This document shows positions 9,660-18,318 of a stretch of 64,000 nt of DNA, piece by piece. The DNA comes from an uncultured Pelagibacteraceae bacterium (lineage in GTDB: Bacteria; Pseudomonadota; Alphaproteobacteria; Pelagibacterales; Pelagibacteraceae): contig CACPNO010000001.1 of NCBI GenBank assembly GCA_902635335.1, positions 95,018 through 159,017 on the forward strand. The letters are read 5' to 3'. The stretch's first letter is position 1; every line of letters starts with the position of its first letter. The notes under the pieces were generated by a model. It was not told the DNA's origin and did not search any database. It worked only from the letters and a program-made list of their open reading frames with translations. A program made the position numbers and the translations under genes.

Positions 9660-10676
9660 TTAACTTGTAATCTGTTCAATTATATTTGTCCTTTGATATA
9701 AACTAAGTCTTTCCGCTTTGTCTTTTAATTTGTTATACTCAGTTTTTAATGTAAAGGTTTTTACATTAACTTTATTTCCAATTTCAATTATTGATCCAAT
9801 AATTGGATCTATTTCTAAAGGACGTTTTGCATGTAAGTCTTGCGTTGTCGAGGGTTTGTGACCAATAATAGAGATAGTAGCTTTAATTCTTTGATCGATT
9901 GAGACGTTGAATTTTACACCTATTTTCTCTCCTACTAACTGACATTCTTCCATCAATTTTCTTACGGTGTTTAATAATTCTGGGTCATTACCAATTTCAT
10001 CCAAAGTCTTATCATATAGTGCGCTTACTATATTAAATGAGCAATTACCCCAGAGCTTTATCCATATTTCATCTCTTAGATTACTTTTTTGTGGAGCTTT
10101 TAAGCCTCCTGCAATTAATAAGTCTGCAATAATTTTAAGTCTTTCTGATTTTGATCCATCTGGTTCGCCTAATGTAAATCTTTCACCACCATTGTGTTTA
10201 ATAACACCAGGTTCAGTAATTTCAGCTGCTGGATAAACCACACATCCAAGAGCTCTTGAAGGATTCAAAGAATTCCAAATCTTACCATCAGGATCAACAC
10301 TATCTATATGTTTCTCATCTAAGTTTGTCCCCGTGTTAGCTTTATGAAAATACCACCAAGGTAAGCCATTCACAGCAGATATTATAGTTGTATTTTTTCC
10401 AATTAAGCTTTGAAGAGAATCAACTATATTAGAAATTGCATGAGCTTTTATTGAAATAAAAATATAATCTTGAATTCCAAGTTCTTTGGGATCATCTGTT
10501 ACTTTTAATTTAAAGTTTTCTGTTTTATCTTTTTTAATTAATGTTAAACCATTTTCCTCAATAGCTTTTTTGTGTAGACCTCTGGCTATAAGTGATAAAT
10601 CAATATTATTTTTACTCAAACACGCAGCTAAATATCCCCCAATCGATCCTGCACCAAATATACAAACTTTTGTCAT
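9660..10676 (-). CDS. PanE/ApbA-family reductase, likely oxalyl-CoA reductase type rather than true ketopantoate reductase
   Basis: GAGSIG, NGLPWWYFH insertion and EIWIKLWGN. Translationally coupled to an oxalate-CoA-ligase-like gene. Confidence 0.75.
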   Translation of the reverse strand: MTKVCIFGAGSIGGYLAACLSKNNIDLSLIARGLHKKAIEENGLTLIKKDKTENFKLKVTDDPKELGIQDYIFISIKAHAISNIVDSLQSLIGKNTTIISAVNGLPWWYFHKANTGTNLDEKHIDSVDPDGKIWNSLNPSRALGCVVYPAAEITEPGVIKHNGGERFTLGEPDGSKSERLKIIADLLIAGGLKAPQKSNLRDEIWIKLWGNCSFNIVSALYDKTLDEIGNDPELLNTVRKLMEECQLVGEKIGVKFNVSIDQRIKATISIIGHKPSTTQDLHAKRPLEIDPIIGSIIEIGNKVNVKTFTLKTEYNKLKDKAERLSLYQRTNIIEQITS

Positions 10677-12184
10677 TAATTATTTAAACCAAATTTTTTT
10701 GCTAAAACATTTCTTTGTAATTTTCCTGTTGCTCCTTTTGGAATTTCTTCAACAAAAAAAATTTTTTTTGGTATTTTAAATTTAGCAAGTTTTTCTTGAG
10801 CATATTCTAAAACATCATTTTCTGAAAATGCCTCACCACTTTTTATTATAATTGCACTAGCAATATTTTCTCCAAGCATTTTGTCTTCATATCCAAAACA
10901 AACTGCTTGATCTATTAATGGATGGTCCATTAATACATTATCAACTTCTAATGGAGATATTTTTTCTCCACCTTTATTAATTATTTCTTTCAATCTTCCT
11001 GAAATCTTTAAATAACCCTCATTGTCGAAATAACCTTGATCGCCAGTTCTAAACCAACCATTGGTAAAACTTGTTTTGTTTGCTTCTTCATTATTATCGT
11101 ATCCAAGAGTTACATTTTCACCTTTTATACACACTTCTCCTTCATCACCTTGTTTTAGCACTTCCCCATCTTCGTTCATAATACATACCTCTGGACCTGC
11201 TGGAAGGCCTACAAATCCTGCTTTTTGTTGCTTAGGTGGCAATGGATTAGAAGTCATTTGGTGAGTAGCTTCTGTCATACCGTATGCTTCAATTACTGGG
11301 CAACTAAAAACATCATTTAAATCTTTGAATACTGCTGGTGGTAAAGATGCAGATGATGATCTAATTAATCTTAGTTTTAGTAGCTTAGCAACTTCTAAAT
11401 TTCTACTTGCTCTTAATAAAATAGCCTGATGCATTGTAGGCACCCCTGAGTACCAAGTTATTTTTTCTGATTTAGCAATATCTAAAAACTTGATAGCATT
11501 AAAACCATTTGATGCACATACAGATGCCCCAGCTTTCATTGATGAAGCTAAAATAGCTATAAGACCATGTATATGAAAAAGTGGCATAATATTAAGACAA
11601 TGGTCATTTTTAGAAAGATTTAAACTTTTAGAAATATTTTCTGCAGAAGAAAAAATATTTTTATTTGTTAAAGGAACAATTTTTGGTCTTGATGTAGTAC
11701 CAGAAGTGTGTAGCACTAATGCTTCATCATTTTCATCAGGTAAAGAATATTCACTTTCTTTTTCATAAATATTAAATATTCCTGAAGGTCCATCCTTTTC
11801 TGGATTAATCTCACATAATTCTATTTTTAATTTTTTTGCTACATCGACAACTGGATTTTCAGAATTTTTCTCAACCAAAACAATTTTTGGATTTAAATCT
11901 TTTAAATAAAATTCATACTCCTCAGATTTATATGATGGATTTAAAGGTGCAGCAGACATATAGCTTGAAATAGCTAAAAAACTTGAAGCCATATATGGCC
12001 CATTTGGTAAAACTATCGCTGCTCTATCTTTGTTTGATAATCCATTTCCAGCCAGCTGTTTAGAAATTTTATCTATAAATGATTTTAAATCTTTGTAATT
12101 TAGTTTTGTACTGATTTCAGAGGTTAGAGCAATATTTTCATCATTCACATTTTCAAAAATGTTTCTAACAATTCTTTTTGACAT
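10676..12184 (-). CDS. Acyl-CoA synthetase, oxalate-CoA ligase (AAE3/Pcs60/Oxs)-like
   Basis: LHTSGTTSRPK, MPLFHIHGL, RSSSASL, EAYGMTEATHQMTSNPLPP, INKGGEKISPLEVD and PKGATGKLQR. Confidence 0.8.
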   Translation of the reverse strand: MSKRIVRNIFENVNDENIALTSEISTKLNYKDLKSFIDKISKQLAGNGLSNKDRAAIVLPNGPYMASSFLAISSYMSAAPLNPSYKSEEYEFYLKDLNPKIVLVEKNSENPVVDVAKKLKIELCEINPEKDGPSGIFNIYEKESEYSLPDENDEALVLHTSGTTSRPKIVPLTNKNIFSSAENISKSLNLSKNDHCLNIMPLFHIHGLIAILASSMKAGASVCASNGFNAIKFLDIAKSEKITWYSGVPTMHQAILLRASRNLEVAKLLKLRLIRSSSASLPPAVFKDLNDVFSCPVIEAYGMTEATHQMTSNPLPPKQQKAGFVGLPAGPEVCIMNEDGEVLKQGDEGEVCIKGENVTLGYDNNEEANKTSFTNGWFRTGDQGYFDNEGYLKISGRLKEIINKGGEKISPLEVDNVLMDHPLIDQAVCFGYEDKMLGENIASAIIIKSGEAFSENDVLEYAQEKLAKFKIPKKIFFVEEIPKGATGKLQRNVLAKKFGLNN

Positions 12185-12187
12185 TAT

Positions 12188-13771
12188 TTAGTACCCTTTT
12201 GCGTAACCATCTTTTCTAGGATCAGATCCTCCTAAAAGATCCCCTTCTGTACGATTTATTTTAATAGCTTGACCTCCACCATGAGTGCCATCAATATACT
12301 CAACATTATGACCGATTTCTTTCAATTCGTTAAAAATTTGATTGTCAACTGATTTTTCAAGCTTATAAATATTGTTAAAATGAAAGGCTCTTGGAAAACT
12401 TAAAGCCTCTTGAGGACCCATGCCGTAATCAATCATATTATTTAAAACATGCACCTGTCCTACTGGTTGATATTGCCCTCCCATAACTCCATAGCTCAAA
12501 GTTGTATTGTTATCTTTGTCAATGACCATACCTGGAATTATAGTGTGTAATGGTCTTTTTAAGCCCTCAATACAGTTTGGATGTCCATGCTCTACTCTGA
12601 AATTTGTACCCCTGTTATGTAAAAGTATTCCACTTTTATTTGTAGTGATACCTGACCCAAATACGTAACAAACTGAATTAATGATGGACACACTATTTAA
12701 GTCTTTATCTACAACTGTTAGATAAATAGTTTCTGGGTGAGCTGGAATATTTAAGTCACCAACATCACTGCATGAATTGAGCTTAATTTTATTAAAAATA
12801 TCCTCAATATTTTTATCACTTAAAATTTCATCTAAATCAAAATTTACAAAATTTGGATCGCCTAAGCTTGTTTCTTTAACTTTATAAGCTTGTTTTGTAA
12901 CTTCGGCTTCAAGATGAAATCTTTCAGTACTATTGAATTTATAGTTATGAATATTTAGTTTTTCTAACAATTTCATCATAATCAAAACAGTTACGCCAGG
13001 TCCATTTGGAGGACATTGATGAATAAAATCACCCTTATAACTAGATTTTATTGTTTCTGATCTTATTGTGTTCTGTTTAGAAAAATCCTCAAAAGTATGC
13101 ACACCCCCTAATTCACTTAAACTTTCAATTATATCTTTTGCAGTTTCACCTTCATAAAATTCTTTACTTCCTTTTTTACTAATTGCCTCTAATGTTTTTC
13201 CTAATGGGATATTTTTCATTAATTCATTTTCTTGATAAGTACGACCTTCTTTCAAAAAAATTTTTTTAGAATTTTCATTTCCATTAATTTTATTTAAGCT
13301 ATTATGCCAAGCATTTGACACTACTTTAGAAATCTTGTGACCATTTTTTGCAATCTCAATTGCACCTGTAAATAATTGTTCAAAATCTAATTTTCCAAAT
13401 TCTTTATGAATAGTTTCCCAAGCATGAACTGCACCAGGAATCGTTACTGAATGAGGACTTGTTAATCCAATTTTATCTATATTTTTTTCCTTGAAGAAAT
13501 CATAACTTAATTTCTCTGGTGCTAACCCAGATCCATTAAAAGATACTGCATCCTGATTATTCATTTTGACAATTGCAAAACAGTCTCCACCAATACTTGT
13601 TGCATTAGGCTCAACCACAGATAAAACAATTGAAGCTGCTATAGAAGCATCTACTGCATTTCCACCCATTTTTAGTATTTTTAAGGCCTCTTCGGTCGCT
13701 AATGGATGAGAAGTTGCAGCCATAGCATTTGATGAGCGTGCATCTTTATCTTTTGTTGATTGATTATTCAT
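12188..13771 (-). CDS. Gamma-glutamyltransferase-family Ntn hydrolase (YwrD/HpxW-like clade), no signal peptide
   Basis: GGNAVDA, nucleophile Thr in ETIYLTVVD, FGSG, KRPLHTIIPG, GVMGG and SDPRKDG. Confidence 0.88.
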   Translation of the reverse strand: MNNQSTKDKDARSSNAMAATSHPLATEEALKILKMGGNAVDASIAASIVLSVVEPNATSIGGDCFAIVKMNNQDAVSFNGSGLAPEKLSYDFFKEKNIDKIGLTSPHSVTIPGAVHAWETIHKEFGKLDFEQLFTGAIEIAKNGHKISKVVSNAWHNSLNKINGNENSKKIFLKEGRTYQENELMKNIPLGKTLEAISKKGSKEFYEGETAKDIIESLSELGGVHTFEDFSKQNTIRSETIKSSYKGDFIHQCPPNGPGVTVLIMMKLLEKLNIHNYKFNSTERFHLEAEVTKQAYKVKETSLGDPNFVNFDLDEILSDKNIEDIFNKIKLNSCSDVGDLNIPAHPETIYLTVVDKDLNSVSIINSVCYVFGSGITTNKSGILLHNRGTNFRVEHGHPNCIEGLKRPLHTIIPGMVIDKDNNTTLSYGVMGGQYQPVGQVHVLNNMIDYGMGPQEALSFPRAFHFNNIYKLEKSVDNQIFNELKEIGHNVEYIDGTHGGGQAIKINRTEGDLLGGSDPRKDGYAKGY

Positions 13772-13800
13772 AGTACAGATTAAATCTCAAAAATTTATAA

Positions 13801-15012
13801 ATGATTACTAAAGTAAATAAAAGCATTATCATATTTTGTATTTTTGCCTTTGGTTTTTTATTATCAAATCTTGTTAGATCTATCACTGCAACATTAACAC
13901 CAGTCCTGACATATGAATTCGATTTAACAGCAGGAAATTTAGGACTGTTAGCAGGAGGCTATTTTATTGGCTTTTCAATTATGCAAGTCCCAATAGGACT
14001 ACTTCTTGATAAATATGGACCAAAAAAAGTCGTTGGATATTTTTTAGTAATTGCATTGGTAGGAACCATATCATTTGCATTAGCAAAAAGTTTTTCTGGG
14101 TTACTTATTTCAAGAATATTTATTGGGATCGGCGTGAGCGCTTGTATGATGGGACCTCTAACAGGATACAGAGTTTGGTTTGCTGAAAAATATCAACAGC
14201 GTGCTAATTCATGGATGTTAATGGTAGCAAATATAGGTTTTGTATCATCTACTTTACCTGTACAGATTTTATTACCATACATAGGATGGAGATGGATTTT
14301 CATTTTAATAGCTATACTTATTTTAATAAGTATTATTTTAATTTTTTTATTCACTCCTAATTGGGAACAGAAAGAAAACTTCACTGTTGATGAAGAAAAA
14401 AAAGGTTTAGCACAAATTTGGAAGAATAAGTTTTTTATCAGTATGGTACCATTGGCATTTATTAATTATGGTGGTATACAGGCAATCCAAACGCTTTGGG
14501 CTGGTCCTTGGATGCTAAATATTACAGGTTATTCTCCATTTCAAAGTGCTACAGGCTTGTTTTGGATCAATGTAACTATGTTAGCATCATACTTTTTATG
14601 GGGATATATTCTTCCCAAACTCTCTGATTATGGAATAAGTAGTGTTAAACTAATTAAATTTGGACTCCCAGTAAGTTACTTTGTTTTTTTTCTAATAATC
14701 TTTTTTGGTCCTAAAGCTGGAGCTTTTTTATTTGCAATATACATTATGACTTCAATTGTAATTTCTCTAACTCAACCAGCTATAGCTTTAAACTTTTCAC
14801 AAAATTTAGCAGGCAAGTCACTTACTTCATATAATGTATTCATTCATTCAGGAACATTCTTTATGCAATGGGGTATTGGATTATTTATAGACTTATTTAA
14901 TTCTAAAGGATTTGATATTGTAAGTAGTTATAGAATTTCTTTTTCAATTTTTTTAATTCTTTGTATATTAAGTTATATTTTTTTCAGTTATCTAAATAGA
15001 AATAATGATTAA
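13801..15012 (+). CDS. MFS transporter
   Basis: About 12 hydrophobic segments and motif A GLLLDKYGPKK. Confidence 0.88.
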   Translation: MITKVNKSIIIFCIFAFGFLLSNLVRSITATLTPVLTYEFDLTAGNLGLLAGGYFIGFSIMQVPIGLLLDKYGPKKVVGYFLVIALVGTISFALAKSFSGLLISRIFIGIGVSACMMGPLTGYRVWFAEKYQQRANSWMLMVANIGFVSSTLPVQILLPYIGWRWIFILIAILILISIILIFLFTPNWEQKENFTVDEEKKGLAQIWKNKFFISMVPLAFINYGGIQAIQTLWAGPWMLNITGYSPFQSATGLFWINVTMLASYFLWGYILPKLSDYGISSVKLIKFGLPVSYFVFFLIIFFGPKAGAFLFAIYIMTSIVISLTQPAIALNFSQNLAGKSLTSYNVFIHSGTFFMQWGIGLFIDLFNSKGFDIVSSYRISFSIFLILCILSYIFFSYLNRNND

Positions 15013-15814
15013 TAAAAAAATGACACTAACAAATATATTATTATTAATATTAATTATTTATATGTTTATTTGCATTTTTATTTTTTTTTATCAAAGAAAT
15101 CTTCTGTACCATCCAGGAGAAAATAATTATTTAGACGAAGGACCTTTGAATCACAAAATAGAAAAGGTATTTATTAACTCTGAAAGTAGTTTGGTTGGAT
15201 GGCACTTTCAAAAGAACGAAAATTATAAGACTATATTACTTTTTCATGGCAATGCTGGCAAACTTGATAATCGTATTTATAAATTAAATGAATTCTCAAA
15301 AATGAATGTTAACTATTTGATATTCGCTTATAGAGGATTTAGTGGAAATGATGGAAAACCTTCAGAAATAGGCCTTTATGAAGATGCTTTGGCAGCAAAG
15401 AAATGGCTAAATTCCAAGAAAATTGAAGATAAAAATATAATCTTGTACGGGGAGTCGTTGGGTACAGCAATTGCATTAAATCTAGCACAAGATTATTCTT
15501 TTAGTGGTGTGATATTAGAGTCACCGTTCACATCTATGGAAACACTAGCAAAAAGTTATTATCCATATTTGCCAGTCAAATATTTGTTAAAAGATAAATA
15601 CAATTCGATTAGTAAATTGAATAAAAATACATCTCCAATTCTGGTAATGCATGGTATGAAAGATAAAATTGTACCATTTAAAATGGGAAAAGAAATTTAT
15701 GATAAATTTAATGGAAAAAAATCAAGTTTTTTTGTTGAAAATGATGATCATATGATGGATTTTAACGAAAATCTCATAAACTCAATTGAGTTATTTATTA
15801 CACAATTAAATTAA
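15005..15814 (+). CDS. Membrane-anchored alpha/beta hydrolase (Bem46/ABHD13-like)
   Basis: N-terminal TM, FHGNAG, YRGF, GESLG nucleophile, HGMKDKIVP and a C-terminal His. Confidence 0.85.
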   Translation: MINKKMTLTNILLLILIIYMFICIFIFFYQRNLLYHPGENNYLDEGPLNHKIEKVFINSESSLVGWHFQKNENYKTILLFHGNAGKLDNRIYKLNEFSKMNVNYLIFAYRGFSGNDGKPSEIGLYEDALAAKKWLNSKKIEDKNIILYGESLGTAIALNLAQDYSFSGVILESPFTSMETLAKSYYPYLPVKYLLKDKYNSISKLNKNTSPILVMHGMKDKIVPFKMGKEIYDKFNGKKSSFFVENDDHMMDFNENLINSIELFITQLN

Positions 15815-15863
15815 GACACAATTCAAACAAATATTAAGCAACTTTATATTTTTAAAGTCATAT

Positions 15864-16424
15864 ATGGCAAGAATTTTATCTATATTAATTGTAATTTTTT
15901 TTTCAAATTTTTCTTACGCTGAAATTAGCAACGAAACTAGGAATAAATATTTTTATGTTGGTAAAATGAAATCATATAATAGTCAATTTACATTATATTT
16001 CAAAACAAGAGACAAAGCCATTTTAGCTAGAGGAGAAGATGCAAACTATATTAATGATTATCCACAAGATCTATATATTTATAATCATAATTCAAAAGAG
16101 GATTTCCCTTTACTAACATATGAATGGTTTCCTAAAAAAGTTAAAAAACTTGTAAAAAATTATACCTATCCAGTTTTTCCTGAGGACTTTGCATATTATT
16201 TAATGAAAGATAATAATACTTTAATTTTAGTAAGTGGTAAAAAAAATTTTCATCAAAATCTAGAATATAATATTCAGTCTAAAAAATTAAAAAATTTCGA
16301 GAATGACGGGAAACTAAATTTCATTATTTCAAGTTATGCAAAAGTTTGTGGATATGAAACAAATAAGAATAATTTTGAATGTTCTATTGAAAAACCTTTA
16401 ATTTCTAAAAATCTAATTAATTAA
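15864..16424 (+). CDS. Hypothetical exported protein
   Basis: 186-aa ORF with signal-peptide-like N-terminus (MARILSILIVIFFSNFSYA). No recognised domain. Confidence 0.7.
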   Translation: MARILSILIVIFFSNFSYAEISNETRNKYFYVGKMKSYNSQFTLYFKTRDKAILARGEDANYINDYPQDLYIYNHNSKEDFPLLTYEWFPKKVKKLVKNYTYPVFPEDFAYYLMKDNNTLILVSGKKNFHQNLEYNIQSKKLKNFENDGKLNFIISSYAKVCGYETNKNNFECSIEKPLISKNLIN

Positions 16425-17334
16425 ATTGAGTAAATGCATCTGCAAATTGTTCAGCATTGAAAATTTGTAAATCGTCTTCTTTTTCTCCAAGTCCAAGGCC
16501 TAAAATTGGAACCTTATATTTTTTTGAAATTGCAATTAGTACTCCTCCTTTTGCTGTCCCATCAAGTTTTGTCATAATTAAACCGGTAATTTTTATAATT
16601 TTATCAAATTCTTCAAGTTGATTTATTATATTTTGCCCGGAGGTTGCATCTAGAACTAAAACAACATCATGAGGTGCACTTTCATCTGTTTTTTTTATAA
16701 CATTTGCAATTTTTTTGAATTCATCCATTAAATTTTTCTTATTTTGCAATCTGCCAGCGGTATCAATTAGTACCCGTTTAATATTGTTGTTTTTTGCATG
16801 TTCTATCGCTTTGTAAGCTACTGAAGCAGGGTCAGACCCTGGATTTGATTTGATAATTGACGCTCCAATCTTATCAGACCAAGACTCTAATTGCTCTATT
16901 GCTGCTGCCCTAAAGGTATCACAAGCAGAAAATATTACTTCTGAGCCGTTATCTTTAAATATTTTACCAATTTTACCGATAGTGGTCGTCTTACCTACCC
17001 CATTTACACCAGAAATTAATGTTACGTTTAAATTTTCTTTATTTTCAAAAAAATCTTTTCTTTCTAAGGGTACCATTAACTCTAAAATATATTCTTTTAA
17101 AATAGCATTTATTTCCTCAACCACATTTTTCTTAGGATCAATTTTTTTCTGAGAGATAATATTTTTTATTTCAGCTGAAGCGTCAATGCCAACATCAGAA
17201 CTAATCAAAAATTCCTCTATTTTGTTTAATGTTTCATCATCAATTTCCTTTTTTACTATTATATCTCTAAGTCCTGAAGAAATGCTATCAGCACTTTTTT
17301 TAAAACCTAATTTAAACTTTTCGAATATACCCAT
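16417..17334 (-). CDS. ftsY: SRP receptor FtsY (NG domain only)
   Basis: GVNGVGKTTT, DTFRAAA, DTAGR and TKLDGTAKGG. Confidence 0.97.
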   Translation of the reverse strand: MGIFEKFKLGFKKSADSISSGLRDIIVKKEIDDETLNKIEEFLISSDVGIDASAEIKNIISQKKIDPKKNVVEEINAILKEYILELMVPLERKDFFENKENLNVTLISGVNGVGKTTTIGKIGKIFKDNGSEVIFSACDTFRAAAIEQLESWSDKIGASIIKSNPGSDPASVAYKAIEHAKNNNIKRVLIDTAGRLQNKKNLMDEFKKIANVIKKTDESAPHDVVLVLDATSGQNIINQLEEFDKIIKITGLIMTKLDGTAKGGVLIAISKKYKVPILGLGLGEKEDDLQIFNAEQFADAFTQFN

Positions 17335-18158
17335 TAAATATTTATATCTATCTCTTTGATACTAGATACAGGTCCTTTCATATGAATTTGTTGACTTTCA
17401 TCAATAAAAATTATTAATTTTCCTAGACTGAATTCAATTTCAGTTTTAGAATTTTCTAACTTTTCTAAATTCGCAGCCACTGCTGTTGCACATGCAGCAG
17501 TCCCACATGCTTTCGTTAAACCTGCACCTCTTTCCCAAACTTTAATTTTATAATGATTTTTATTTAATTTTTGAGCAAGAGTGAAATTACATTTTTTTGG
17601 AAACAGTTCATGTTTTTCGATCTCAGGTCCAATTTTTTCCAAATTGAAATTTTCTACATTATCAACAAAAAAAATAGTATGAGGATTACCTACGTTAATA
17701 GCTATACCACCACTCACTTTTTGGTTATTGTTATCTTCTATTATTATTCCTAAATTTTTGGTATCGAGTTTTTTAGATAAAGGAATTTCTTTCCAGTTAG
17801 TTCTTGGTACACCAATTATTGTTTCAACTTGACCATCATCAAGTAATTTTGAATTCAACTTTTTTGATGCTACTTGAACGCTTATATTTTTTGTATTTTT
17901 TTCTTTTGATAATAAGAAGGCCACACATCTTGTACCGTTTCCACATGCGTCAGATTCCGAACCATCAGAGTTATAAAATTCTAGATCAGCATCAGCATTA
18001 TCACTGTTATTAATATAGATTAGTTGGTCACAACCAATAAAGTTTCGATCACAAATTTTAATTATTTGATCCTTGTTTAATTCCACATTATTTGACCTAT
18101 TATCAATAATTACAAAATCATTTCCAAGACCATCCATTTTAAAAGCTTTAAATTCCAT
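17334..18158 (-). CDS. dapF: Diaminopimelate epimerase
   Basis: GLGNDF, CGNG, GNPH and ERGAGLTKACGT. Confidence 0.96.
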   Translation of the reverse strand: MEFKAFKMDGLGNDFVIIDNRSNNVELNKDQIIKICDRNFIGCDQLIYINNSDNADADLEFYNSDGSESDACGNGTRCVAFLLSKEKNTKNISVQVASKKLNSKLLDDGQVETIIGVPRTNWKEIPLSKKLDTKNLGIIIEDNNNQKVSGGIAINVGNPHTIFFVDNVENFNLEKIGPEIEKHELFPKKCNFTLAQKLNKNHYKIKVWERGAGLTKACGTAACATAVAANLEKLENSKTEIEFSLGKLIIFIDESQQIHMKGPVSSIKEIDINI

Positions 18159-18182
18159 ATACTTCAGTATTTAACTTATTTA

Positions 18183-18210
18183 TTGACATTTTGAACCTCT
18201 ATTATAGTTT
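18183..18210 (+). promoter_or_regulatory. Probable sigma70 promoter for ffh leader
   Basis: TTGACA at 18183-18188, and TATAGTTT at 18203-18210 directly before the structured leader. Confidence 0.55.
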
Positions 18211-18318
18211 ATCGCCGTTTCCGCAAAATACAGCAATTTGCGGTGTCTTTGGTAACAAAGAGATCGACACCAGTCAGCGAGAGTTCGCCCACTGGTGCGA
18301 TACTTGCTGGATGTGATT
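18211..18318 (+). ncRNA. ffh leader structured RNA motif (cis-regulatory)
   Basis: GC-rich island with stems CCGCAAA/TTTGCGG, TCTTTG-GTAA-CAAAGA, CACCAGT/ACTGGTG and GCGA/TCGC, plus pseudoknot CAGCAA(18231-36)/TTGCTG(18304-09). An ffh 5' motif is known in Pelagibacter and other alphaproteobacteria. Confidence 0.85.

Noticed and set aside
9660-10676. Housekeeping panE for pantothenate synthesis
   Set aside because: No panB/panC context. The PWWYF insertion and coupling to an oxalate-CoA-ligase-like gene favour another role, though this is not excluded without an assay.
1-16424. Horizontally acquired genomic island or prophage
   Set aside because: No integrase, transposase, tRNA, att repeats or evident compositional shift relative to the core genes.
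18211-18310. tRNA or SRP 4.5S RNA in the GC-rich spacer
   Set aside because: No cloverleaf, TTCRA loop or CCA, and no long SRP hairpin with a GGAA tetraloop. It is better explained as the ffh leader.
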